Assembly (NCBI GenBank): GCA_951406725.2
Contig: OX597820.1
Location: 42,718,001-42,782,000 of the forward strand
DNA length: 64,000 bases
Source: Octopus vulgaris
Taxonomy: Eukaryota
Direction: 5' to 3'
Shown here: piece after piece, positions 12,240 through 24,214 of the stretch
Position numbering within the stretch: the stretch's first letter is position 1
Layout of the letters: the number at the start of each line of letters is the position of its first letter
Program-made: the position numbers and the translations under genes
Notes under the pieces: generated by a model
What the model was told of the DNA's origin: nothing
The model's input: only the letters and a program-made list of their open reading frames with translations
The model's database searches: none

Positions 12240-14625
12240 AAAAGTGAAGGGAGGTCAGTAAATATTGCCCTATTACTTGCTTCCTATTACTCTGGAAGCT
12301 ATTAACCGGCTTCATAACGGATTAAGTATATAATTTTCTGAAAATGGAAAATCTATTTCTAGAGGAGCAAAAAGGTTGTAGGTAGAAATCAAAGGGAACT
12401 TCTGATCTGTTATATACAGATAGTAGAATGTAAAATGAGATATGTGTAGGGAAGAAGAATTTGGCCCTTGGAAGGATAACTTATAGGAAGACCTACGAAA
12501 GTATCCCACACTGATGAATATTGGGGTAACTGAGAACGCTCAGAGTCAATGAGAAGATAAACACCATTTTGGAAGAAAGTTATGAGTGTGGAAAGGAAAA
12601 TTGGCATGTGCCAATGGAATAGCTAGGTTGTGCATAGACTAATCCAGTCTGTTTTTTAAATTTCATGTCCTCTCCAGTTTCCTCTTCAGTTTTGCGCAGT
12701 CCTGGGCTAGATGTAAGAAAATCCTGGATAGCCCAAACGTCAGGATTCCTCTCTCGACCTTGCTGATGTAGTCCAAAGGAGTGCAGAGCATTACGTTTGG
12801 CACCGGCTTGGTTGCAGGAGCTGCCGGAAGAGTGTCGAGTCGAATCTCAAACCGCCTACGAGGCTCCACTCCGGATTTCTCTGAAGGTTGTCTCTTTTCC
12901 GTAACCCTGGATAGGGGCCCATACTGGGTACTGTCAGCCGGAGCCATCTGAGCCCGGGATTCGTGTCAAGCAGGGTCGTCACTCCCTGAAGTAGTGAAGA
13001 AAATCGTTACCCACTACCTATAACGTCAAAAATACGCGAGTTTATTTTCCAAGGAGACTCTTTCTCTCCCTTACTTTTCGCCATTGCACTAATCCCTCTG
13101 ACAAGTACACTGAGAAACTCCCAGCATGCTTATGAGTTTACCAATACCAGTATGAGAATAAATCACCTACTTTATATGGATGATCTCAAGATATATACTA
13201 AAACTGAGACAGACCTGGGTTCTCTGATCCAAACATTGAAAGTATTCAGTAAAGATATTGAAATGTAGTATGAGGTAGATAATTGCGCGCTACTAATAAT
13301 GGCAAGAGGTCGGAAGATAAAGTATGATGGCATAAAATTACCACAAAACAATATAAGTAAATTGCTGTGGAGAAGGAGGGACACAAAATACTTTGGAGTG
13401 TTGCAAGACGATAAATTAATGGAAGGAAAAATGAGAGGGAATGTTACTAAAGGGTACAAAGGCAAAATTAGGAAGATGCTCGAAATAAAATTAAATGGAG
13501 AGAACATCATTAAAGCCATAAATGCATGTGCAATAGCATTATTGAGACACTCTGCTTCCTTTCTGAAATGAACATAGATCGAGCTTCAGAACTTGGATAG
13601 AAGAACTGAACAGCTGCTCACAATGAACAACGCATTCCATCCTAAAAGTATCACAGAAAGTCTACATGTGCCAAGAACGGAAGGTGGTATAGGACTATTA
13701 AAGGCAGAGGACATTATTAGTACTTCGATACTGGGTCTTGAAAAATTACGTTGCACAGATCAAGAAAGAATACCTTCGGCAACATGAGTTATTCAAAAAG
13801 TGAGTGGAACAATAGAACAATTCAAAGAGAAAAAGTAGAACAGCAGAATAAACAAATAGAGAGAAATGGAACTACATGGCCAGTTCATGCAAAGAACGAA
13901 GAATTAAAGTTGAAGATTGTTGGCTTTGGTTGACGGACGGGAACTTGGAACGAGACAGAAATGCTAATGATAGCCACTCAGAAGCCAACCCTTAGAATAA
14001 ATTTGATACAGGCAAAAATCGACAGAATGCACTCAAACAACATATATAGAACCTGCAGGAAAGGAAATGAGAGTATCAATCCCATATTGTGTGAGTGCAG
14101 TCTACTAGCACAATAGGAGTATAAATGCAGGCGTGACTGAATATGCAAAAGAATGCATATGGACGTTAGCCGAGAATGAGTTTTCAAAATAGGAGTTACA
14201 AGATCTTTGACTTCACCATAAAGACTGACCATACCACTGAGGCAAGAAAACTAGACATGATTATTGGGAACAGAATAAACGAACAGTATAAGATCATAGA
14301 TTTTGCAATTCCCTATCATTGCAGAGTTGATACCTAAGAAATTGCATAAATTGAGATATATTAGAGAGCTGAGGAGACGGTGAAATATCAGGCAACAAAT
14401 ATTCTTGTAGCAATTGGAGCATTTGGCATTGCACCCAAAAGACTGGAAGTGATTGGAATTGAAATTCACATTGTCGACCTGAAAAAGAAAAGAAATACTC
14501 TTCTACATTTGGCAAGAATCGTAAGAAATATTATTAATGTTTGAGGAAACTTGTTGACATCAAACCTCAAGATTAAATACTTGCTAATTAAATTAGATAC
14601 ACTAACGAAATAATAATAATAGTTA
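12240..14625 (+). mobile_element. Old, heavily decayed RLE-type LINE interrupted at ~12630-13020
   Basis: RKTYESIPH (~12485, cf. KAYDSVPH), IFQGDSFSPLLF (~13044), NHLLYMDDLKIY (~13160), KYFG, TCRKGNESINPILCEC and IIDFAIP; ends in short (TAA)n. Confidence 0.85.
12630..13020 (-). mobile_element. GC-rich insertion resembling an RTE-clade 5' UTR or non-autonomous derivative
   Basis: Interrupts the host LINE RT between the KAYD and QGD motifs. GGTGCCAAACGTAATGCTCTGC..CCTTTGGACTACATCAGC is recalled as typical of RTE 5' UTRs (not verified by search). Confidence 0.55.
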
Positions 14626-15211
14626 TTTCTAACAAAAATGTTGTGCTGCACATATTTGTAGATAGGGGATTCACTGATTACATAGATCCCGGTTGTTCAT
14701 AGGTAATTTATTCTGTCCAAATATAAAGTATAAATCAATCCTCGAAGATGGAAAAACAGCTTTCATCTCTGGAAGCAATTTTTAGTCTTCGTAAATTATC
14801 AGAACTTAAGAGATGTTAGAAACATCACGCCATTTAATATAGTTACATGTATCATCAGCACTGAACATCTTTCCTTGTTGCCCCATATGCCACCACGAAT
14901 AAATGCAGAGCCAAAGGCCAGCATTGTCTCCATTGCCTTTCACGGTGATATCTGTGGTTCCTCGTCCCTTATATTTTAGATTAACCAATGAACTAGTTCA
15001 GTCCGTTTTTTTCCGCTCCTCAGATTTGATGTAAATACACAAACATATCCGTATATATATATATGTGTGTGTGTGCATGTATGTATATCTATATACATGC
15101 ATACATGCATAGATACATACATAAATACATACATGCATGCACAGATACATACATAAATACATACATGCATGCATAGATACATACATACATAATACATACA
15201 TACGTACTTAC

Positions 15212-15379
15212 GTGTGAGTGCAGTCTACTAGCACAATAGGAGTGTAAATGCAGGCGTGACTGAATATGCAGAAGAATGCATATGGACGTTAGCCGAGAAT
15301 GAGTTTTCAAAATAGGAGTTACAAGATCTTTGACTGCCATAAAGACTGACCATATCACTGAGGCAAGAAAACTAGACAT
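15212..15379 (+). repeat. 168 bp local duplicate of LINE segment 14089-14258 inside (CATA)n
   Basis: About 96% identical, including the same stop codons. Confidence 0.93.
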
Positions 15380-16523
15380 ACATACATACATACATGCATA
15401 CATACATACATGCATACATTTGTCCTGACCCGCTAAATATACTGTATACTGCATTCTACCTATCGACTTTAGCTATGCTGTTGGTAGCACAAGAAAGGCT
15501 CGAGTTACTATCCAAATATACCACTTCAAGTGTTTGTTTTCCCTTACGCAGCACTAAGAAATGCTTTACCCAATTGATCATATCTTATAAATCTAAACTT
15601 CACGGATTGCAGGCAACACTGAGAATGTGTAAAAACACTTACTCTCAAATCTCACAGTGTCAACTTGAATAGATTGGTATTTATCTTCAAGGACAGAAAC
15701 TAGTTTATCGCTAACAATATGTTGGTCCTATGAAAATAAACAAACTCATCATACAGCATATAACCACTACACATCAACATGCTATATCACACATTATATA
15801 TGTTCTACCTTTACAATAACATTGTCTCGCATTGAAACGAGGAATATGTGAAGTATTTTCACATGCACTCACGTTTCGCATTCACGTCCTGTGAAACTGT
15901 AACGTCTCTGTGCTGTAGATTAAACCTTTATTTATCTTGTATAATTCCCATAAAGATTCCTATAAATGCTCCGTGTAATATGCTGTTTCTTTAAGTAGAA
16001 TCTTCTAGATTTCTATCCCGCTATCTGTTTTCATTGGCAGGTATCTAACTCACAATGCTTACTGTCAACAACGAAGGCACTGATGTTGATAATAATTCCT
16101 ACAATATGAAATATCATAAACATCAAGTAAAGTCAAAGCTCTTCCTTCTAAGATTAAATTTTAAATGTAAGGAACAAAAAACAATGGTTTCGCTCCTAGG
16201 AAAACGAATTTAATTGACACAGACTCACAGAAAATATTCGTAATGATACATGTTGTATTTTATATCGTGTGTAAAATAATAAAGTTTTGAAAATGCCCTT
16301 ACTCACCATGAGTAAATAAACAGAGCTAAATAATGCCAAGGTTTTAAAGACTCGGTGCGTCAGTCTGGTTCTTTCATAGCATGGGAATAATTCACAGTAA
16401 TAATTGCAAGTAAAAATTGAAATCAATTAAAATTTGAAATGAATATTAAGAAACACTCATCACATACACACACACACACACATATTTGTGATGAATATAT
16501 TAAGGCACACTAATTAATGGCAT

Positions 16524-16604
<81 letters not shown>

Positions 16605-16889
16605 TAGTAAATAATGAAATAACTGTTAATTTTAACATTTAGTATGAAAGAAAGACGAATGCATGAATAACAAACAAAACACATAAATTGAAACACGAAA
16701 CACAATTAAAAATTTACATGAGGAAAATATAAGATAAAATAGAAAGCAAAGAAAGAAATAATATATAGAAGAAAAAAGAAAAGAAATGTAGAAAGAAAGA
16801 AAACAAAGAGAAGAAAAGAGAATATAAATCAAATGTGATCAAAAGATGGTGGAAATTTGAAGAGAAACTAAATGAAGTAAATTGAATAG

Positions 16890-17219
16890 ACTGGGGAAGT
16901 AGAGAAGAAGAAAAAGAAAAAGAGGAGGAGAAGGGAGAGGTGGAGATGGGGATAGGAGGAGAGGAGGAGGAGAAGAAGGAGGACCAGAACGACGACGTCG
17001 ACGGGGATGACAACGATATTGAGTATGATGATGATAATGGTGTTGATAAGATAATAATTATAATGGTGATGAGGACGATAATGACATTCACTATGTGATG
17101 TTGATGATGATGTAATGTAGAGATGATGACGTCATGATGACTTTTATGATGGTGGTGATGATGGTGATGAGGATGATGACAATGATGGTGGCGATGATGA
17201 TGACGACGACGACGACGAC

Positions 17220-17259
<40 letters not shown>

Positions 17260-17260
17260 G
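16890..17260. repeat. Purine-rich GAG/GAT/GAC trinucleotide low-complexity tract
   Basis: Direct inspection. Confidence 0.85.
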
Positions 17261-18083
17261 AAGATGCGAGAAAGAACGCAACGATAGCAACAAAAATGAA
17301 TAGTAAATGAAGAGAAACAAAAGACAAGGAGGAAAAGAAAGAGCAGAGTAAAAATGAAGAGTGTGATGCGGGGGAAGATGTAGGGGGCGCTGAAGAAGAC
17401 GAATTAAAAGTAAGATTTAACAGATGAAGACATAACAAATGAATGATGTGGAAGTCGAGTAAGGACGAAAGAAAAAATATCGAATGAAATAAAATAAGAC
17501 AGGATAAAATGAATGTATATTAATGAAAAGAATTAGTAAAAGAAAGGACAAAAGAGAGAGACACACACACAAGCATTCACGTACACACACACACATACAT
17601 ACACACACGCACACAGAGGTGCTCATATATATGTGCGCGTATATACTTTAATGTGTGTGCGTGTATGTATTAATGTGTGTATTTGTCTACATATATATGC
17701 ATGCATTTGTGCATACACCTTGTGTACGTGTTTGTAATGTATATGGATATATATATATATACGTACATATACATATGTGTATATATTAATATTTAATAGT
17801 GTGTGTGCGCGAGTGTGTGAGTATGTATGTATCTATATATATATATATATATGTATCTAGCTATATACGCATGTATGTCTGTGTGTATGCACATTCACAC
17901 ATACACACACACAATATATCAAATATCGACGAGAAGAAATTAGAGTAGAGTGTTTTTGATGTAGAATGAAAATATGAAAAATGAACGCTGACAGCGGAAC
18001 GGATTCGAGGTGTGAATTCATTGCTTTAAAGGAGTCGTCTGGCGGGTAAAGAAAGAAGAGAAAAGGAAAGAAAAGAAAAATGA

Positions 18084-18139
<56 letters not shown>

Positions 18140-18559
18140 AGGAAAGAAAGTAAGAAAGTATTAAAAAAATATATGGCCGAAACAAAGAGAGATAATTACA
18201 AAAAAAATATACGAAATAAGAATACAGAAAAATAAAGCAAAAAAAACATACAATTATCGCTTAAGTGTCGGTATGAGATTGTTGGCAACGACGAGCGAAG
18301 CAAATGTGATGAAGACGGTATGATATTATATATATATAGGAAAGGAATGATGGTAAAATAGTGAAGAATTGAGAAAGGAGAAAGTGAAATTAATTATAGA
18401 ATTACTCTGAGGGAGAGTATAATGTGTCGAAGACTGACAGAGAGTCGCAAATTGAGATAAATAGAACGGGTTGTGAATTGGAAAAGGAGATGAAGATTAT
18501 TGAAACAGAAATGTGATGAAAAGAAGAAAGATAAGTTTGAGAGAATAAGAGTGTGTGAA

Positions 18560-18634
<75 letters not shown>

Positions 18635-18969
18635 TTTATATATGTTATGCAATGTATAGAACGCATGATTCGATTCAGCCGATGGAGAAAGTTAGTAACC
18701 AAGACACACTTGGATAAATAAAGATTTGGTTATTCAGTTATAGGAGCGACAGGAAAACAAAGCGAGACAGCGATATATACAAAGAGAGAGAGCGAGAGAG
18801 ATAGAGAGAGAGAGAGAGAGAGACAAAGAATAAGAAAGTGTGTGTGTGTGTAAAAGAGAGAGAAATAGAGAGGTGCAAGAAAGAATTAGGGGCACGGAGT
18901 GAGAGACTGTGAAAGAGAGAACAAAATATTGACATATCGATAGACAGACAGACAGATAGAGAGATATAT

Positions 18970-19000
<31 letters not shown>

Positions 19001-19172
19001 ATCATTAGAATCATTACTGTACCGGACAAATGGTTAACGGCATTTCTTCCGGCTTTATACTACAAAGTTCAAATAACACCCTGGTCGACTTTGCCTGGGG
19101 ACGGATGTAATCAGCTTACTCCTCCCCTGAAGTAACCTATTTTAGGAAATCGATATCGTCACATAGGTTTGT

Positions 19173-19240
<68 letters not shown>

Positions 19241-19372
19241 ATATGTATATATAAATATATAAATATATGTATATATATATTTATATATGTATATATATAT
19301 ATATATATATACATACATACATACATACATATACACACATACATTCACACACACACATACATACATACATAC

Positions 19373-20535
19373 TAGGTTATGTAAAAGAGGATTTTCGAAT
19401 TTTTACTAATTTTTGACTTGTATCGCCATGTTCAGTATTTAATTTGATACCACTTGTTCTCCAATCGTTGCTAAATTCTTTATTCTTTGTTTTCATGTAT
19501 ACCGTAGACATTAATTGTTTATTCTTCACTTTACATCGTTGATAATAAGTGGTGAAAAATTGCAATTAGGGCCATTTTATGCTAACTTTCAAAAACAGGA
19601 CTGCGCGCAAGTGCTGCGACAAAAGAAATTAACGAATGGGAACGCTCGGGAAGTGTCGGTGAACGTATGGCACAAAACTGGTTCAGATGATTCAAAGAAG
19701 GGGACACCAACCTCGAAGACAAGACAAGGTCAGGGAGACCTGCTGTTGAAAATGAAGCCTTGCTTGGATGAAGTGGTTGAATAACAACCAGTTGAACATT
19801 TTTGGCAGAATCTGGTCCTTCACAAAGCTCGCTCATTTGTCACCTCCGTAAAGTCAGGATCGTGAAAATATGCTGTAGAGAAGTTCCTCATTATTTGACC
19901 AATGAACAGGCTCAATGCCGTCTGAGCATTTACAAACAAATGATAGCAAATACTCAAGATTCCCTTTAACTCAGCGAATTCTAACTGGGGCGGGGGGAGG
20001 GATCTGCTTCTGTAATCCTAATAAGGGAAATCAGTGGCTTCGTCCTGCACAGGTTTCAGAACCTGTTGTCAAATAAGGGCAGTTTAAATAGAAAGTCTTG
20101 CTGTGTGTTTGCTGAAATTTTTAGGGGGTGTTGCACTGTAAGTTTGTCCTACATGGTTATAGTGCGAATGATAACCGTTATGTAGGGCAAAAACAGCGTA
20201 TGTATGATATTTGAAAGCCCACTACTCGGCATTGATCAAGAGAAGACGCGCTATCCTAAAATATGAGGGTCCAGAAACGCTGCTCCAACCTGTCTACATT
20301 CTAGTCCTTGCACCATCAAATTACCACCGTTTCCGAACAATGGCTCGTTTCCTGCACAGAGGCAGATGAGGTTAAAATCGGCAGGGTTTTACTCTAAACC
20401 AGCTAGATGATGTAGAATTGATTAGAACCATCTAAACCATCAAGCGTAGAATAGCTCTTCCACAATGATAGCAAAAGACAACGGAATAAGATGAAATATA
20501 TTTTGATGAATAAACGCTTTGGTTAACTTATTCAT
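19373..20535 (+). mobile_element. Decayed mariner transposon
   Basis: AQNWFR*FKEGDTNLEDKTRSGRP (~19670-19740), EVPHYLT (cf. WVPHEL) and LAPSNYHRF (cf. YSPDLAPSDYHLF). Flanked by TA/CATA repeats. Confidence 0.85.
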
Positions 20536-20648
20536 TCATACATACATACATACATATTTGCTTTCCTACTCTGCTCTCTGTGTTTCACTCTGCCTTCTAC
20601 CAAATTTCTCCCTCCTACTACTGACATGTGACCCGTGGTGATCGTCTT

Positions 20649-20675
20649 TTTCACACCGAGCGCTCGAGTGAGCAG

Positions 20676-20753
<78 letters not shown>

Positions 20754-20788
20754 ATGTATGTATATATATATATATATGTGTGTGTGTG

Positions 20789-20851
<63 letters not shown>

Positions 20852-20929
20852 ATATACATATACATATAAAATTAAATACTCAACCGAAAAGCCTACTATT
20901 TGTTTCACACCGAGCGCTCGAGTGAGCAG

Positions 20930-20987
<58 letters not shown>

Positions 20988-21014
20988 GTGTGTGTGTATA
21001 TATGTGTGTGTGTG

Positions 21015-21060
<46 letters not shown>

Positions 21061-21143
21061 TATATACATACATATACATATAAAATTAAATACTCAACCG
21101 AAAAGCCTACTATTTGTTTCACACCGAGCGCTCGAGTGAGCAG

Positions 21144-21182
<39 letters not shown>

Positions 21183-21222
21183 CATATATATATTTATATA
21201 TATGTGTGTGTGTGTATGTATG

Positions 21223-21282
<60 letters not shown>

Positions 21283-21504
21283 TATTAGAGACAAAACCAC
21301 TATTTTGCAAAACAAACAAGGAAAGACTTAATCAATGCATAAAATTTTAAAATTTATGCATTGATTAAGTCTTTCCTTGTTTGTTTTGCAAAATAGTGGT
21401 TTTGTCTCTAATAATATTTTATAATATTTTACTATAAAATTGGATTTAATCCTAAATCTGATTTTTTCCCTGTAAATTTGTATTTATTCCCTAATATTTA
21501 TTAT

Positions 21505-21554
<50 letters not shown>

Positions 21555-21606
21555 ACATATACATATAAAATTAAATACTCAACCGAAAAGCCTACTATTT
21601 GTTTCA
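20649..21606. repeat. Tandem triplication of a unit containing a TA tract
   Basis: TTTCACACCGAGCGCTCGAGTGAGCAGTC starts at 20649, 20903 and 21117. AAAATTAAATACTCAACCGAAAAGCCTACTATTTGTTTCA ends at 20907, 21121 and 21606. Confidence 0.92.
21273..21423. repeat. Near-perfect 151 bp palindrome inserted in (TA)n
   Basis: Arms of ~75 bp with a single indel, centred at 21348/21349. Confidence 0.95.
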
Positions 21607-21799
21607 TGCTATTATGATACATGAACGGACATATCAATAAAATATCCCATGTATCTTAAATCAATTTTTCAGGCAAGTTAAAATAGAAATGATCCCGGTT
21701 TATTTTAGACATTACTCTGATTATAGCACCTTTCAAAGTATCTGTTGTGCTCTGGGTGTGTTCATTGACCGCTCTCTCATTTTTTACGAGACCACAGAT

Positions 21800-22985
21800 A
21801 TTATTATCCAATAATAGATAATAATATCTGTTATTTAGATCATGTCACCCGCGACATATCAAAACAAATATCTCCTTCAACCTTGTAAGAAGGATTTGCT
21901 CCATAGAGTCTAAAAATAAAATACCAGAGAAATAAGAGCTTAAAAATGTACTCCAGGACATGCACTACCCAATTCAACTCATAAATGAAGGAATGAAACG
22001 TGCAAAATCGATTAATATTAAAACATTAAGAAAAGCCAAACACAGCACATCAACCACCAAAGCACTATTTTGTGTTCCCACACACAACACCAGAAAGAAA
22101 GAAGCATTCAATATCATCGTCAATAATCTTCCAATACTCCATAGGGAGCCCAAACTTAAGGAAATTCTACGTAATCATAAAATCATTAAGTGCAGCTAAC
22201 AGCCTAAGACATTGAAGAATATTCTCACCAATGCCAAACTGTTCTCTATTCAAAGGATCGGAATTCCATTTCAGACAAGGGAAATATTCAAAATCAAATC
22301 TAACTTCACTTGCGCCTCTCAAAACCTCATTTACGCAATCAAATGCTCAAACTATCATCGAAACTATATTGGCTCGAGAGGAAATACGGTCTGACAGAGA
22401 AGTACGGTGCACAGACAACAAATTTCCTCCCCACAATATCGCCAAATATACCTCAGTCAACGCATTGACGAATGTGCACAAAGATTATAATCATAATTCG
22501 TAATTTTCTCATTTTATCAGCTTGCCTTCTGGACCTCAACACAAGTAAGAATAAAAATAGAAGACTCATTTATCCAAAAATATAAACCAGAATTAAATAT
22601 GTAGCCATATAAAAAAATAAAGGACCTACCCCATCTAATGTAACATGTAGTCAGAATAGAATAGAGAACTCAAAAAACCAAAACAATAAAAATTACAGAT
22701 TTACCTCCACTTTACTGCAAAATAAATTAGTGAACAATTATCTCCCCTAGGAATATATTTTCTTCTATCTACCTATCTTTTTCAACTCTCAGCTTGATAA
22801 GCAATGCGAAACTTACCCTTCAATTATGTTGAAAGAACAAAATCTTATGTACAATATTGTATAATATCTTCAATATCGTGGCTAGCATAATTTTAAATCC
22901 TGCAAAACAAATCTGCTGTATTTTTCACCTTTTCTCTTTTTATATATATCGACCACGTGTGTTTCCCAACTAAGATATTTTCTAC

Positions 22986-22990
<5 letters not shown>
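21800..22990 (+). mobile_element. Penelope-like element 3' portion (RT thumb, GIY-YIG and pLTR), decayed
   Basis: SCHPRHIKTNISFNLVRRICSI (~21840), FTCASQNLIYAIKCSNYHRNYIG (GIY-YIG, ~22305), VHRQQI and FIQKYKPELN. The 3' non-coding part ends in (TA)n. Confidence 0.88.
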
Positions 22991-23020
<30 letters not shown>

Positions 23021-23226
23021 GTAAGTATATAAACACTAAGATGCGAATATGCGAACAGAATATAGGAGCGTTCATTTTTGTTCCGAGGTTTAGGTGTTTG
23101 GCTCCACTCCGCCTTCCTTAACTTCTCTGGGGTATTAATATATATACATGGCTATATATATATATCAGTCCGTATAGATTTTACAACAGGGATATATAGA
23201 TATATATATATATATATATCCCTGTT

Positions 23227-23654
23227 GTAAAATATATACGGACTGATGGGATAGAATTTAGCATCACCACCCACAATGGAGTAAACTTTGCTGATGAGCA
23301 TTAAATTTCATGCGAAATTGGCATGACTATCTAATTCCACTCAGTTGCGTTGGGGAGGTTGTCTCACCTGTCAGTAAAATGTTCTTCGACTCTTATATCT
23401 AAAAATGTTGGGTTCAATTTTGGTTTTGAATTGCGTCTAGCCACCTTAATTATTTTATGATGTTCACGTTCCCAATTTGCGGAATCAGCCACTGATTCCT
23501 AAGGTAAAATCTATATATACTGACGAGACAGAATTTAGCTTTACCCCTGCAATGGAGTAAGCATTACTGACGAGCATTAAATTTCATGTTAAATAGGCAT
23601 GTCAATCTAATGTCACTCAATTCCGTTGAGGAGGTTGTCTCCCCCGTCAGTAAA
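23227..23654 (+). mobile_element. Diverged tandem dimer (~150 bp conserved core, ~277 bp period) with hammerhead cores (family B)
   Basis: Copies at 23227-23378 and 23504-23654; each has self-complementary ends. Confidence 0.75.
23291..23317 (+). ncRNA. Hammerhead ribozyme core
   Basis: CTGATGA-GCAT-taaatttc-ATGC-GAAA: perfect core and 4 bp stem II. The second copy (23567-23593) reads CTGACGA-GCAT..ATGT-TAAA. Stems I and III cannot be assigned unambiguously. Confidence 0.65.
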
Positions 23655-24034
23655 GAGGATAAATAACTATAATCATTAACCATGTAAATAAATAAGACAA
23701 TAAAATAAATATATGATACACTGTCCTACTTATGTAGCTGAATGTTCATATCCTGTTTAATCTAGATACATTGTTTTATCAGAGTCGTTGAAATAAGTGG
23801 GGTCAATGTAACCGATTTACCCTTTCTCTGAAATTGCTGGCCTGGTGCCAGAATTTGAAATCATTGTTACACGTTGAAGCCTGGGAAGCGGCCATCATCC
23901 TTCGAATATCAACTGATGAAATAGACACCTCATATATCATTTGCATGTGTGTATGTATGTGTGCGTGTGTTTATGTATGTGTGTGTTTATGTATACGTAA
24001 ATACATATATATATATATATATATATATAGTTAA

Positions 24035-24202
24035 ACATGAAAACACAAAGAGAAAACACAACAACGTGAGGACGTGGAACAGATATAGTATTATTGGACG
24101 CTCAGGAAGGAAGGGAGCTCTTCGTCGGAAACATAGGAAAAGGAAAGATCCAGGGAAGGGATGACGGAGGAAAAAATTCGCCAACGGTACACACGCGGTC
24201 AA
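24035..24202 (-). mobile_element. Family A copy with a deletion in the hammerhead
   Basis: The reverse complement reads TTTCCGACGAAGAGCTC|CCTTCCTTCCTGAGCGTCCAATAA and is collinear with 2612-2815. Confidence 0.8.
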
Positions 24203-24214
24203 ATGTATATAAAA

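Noticed and set aside
20649-21606. Repeat-spacer pattern resembling a CRISPR array
   Set aside because: The spacers are TA microsatellites, the context is eukaryotic and there are no cas genes; it is a tandem triplication.
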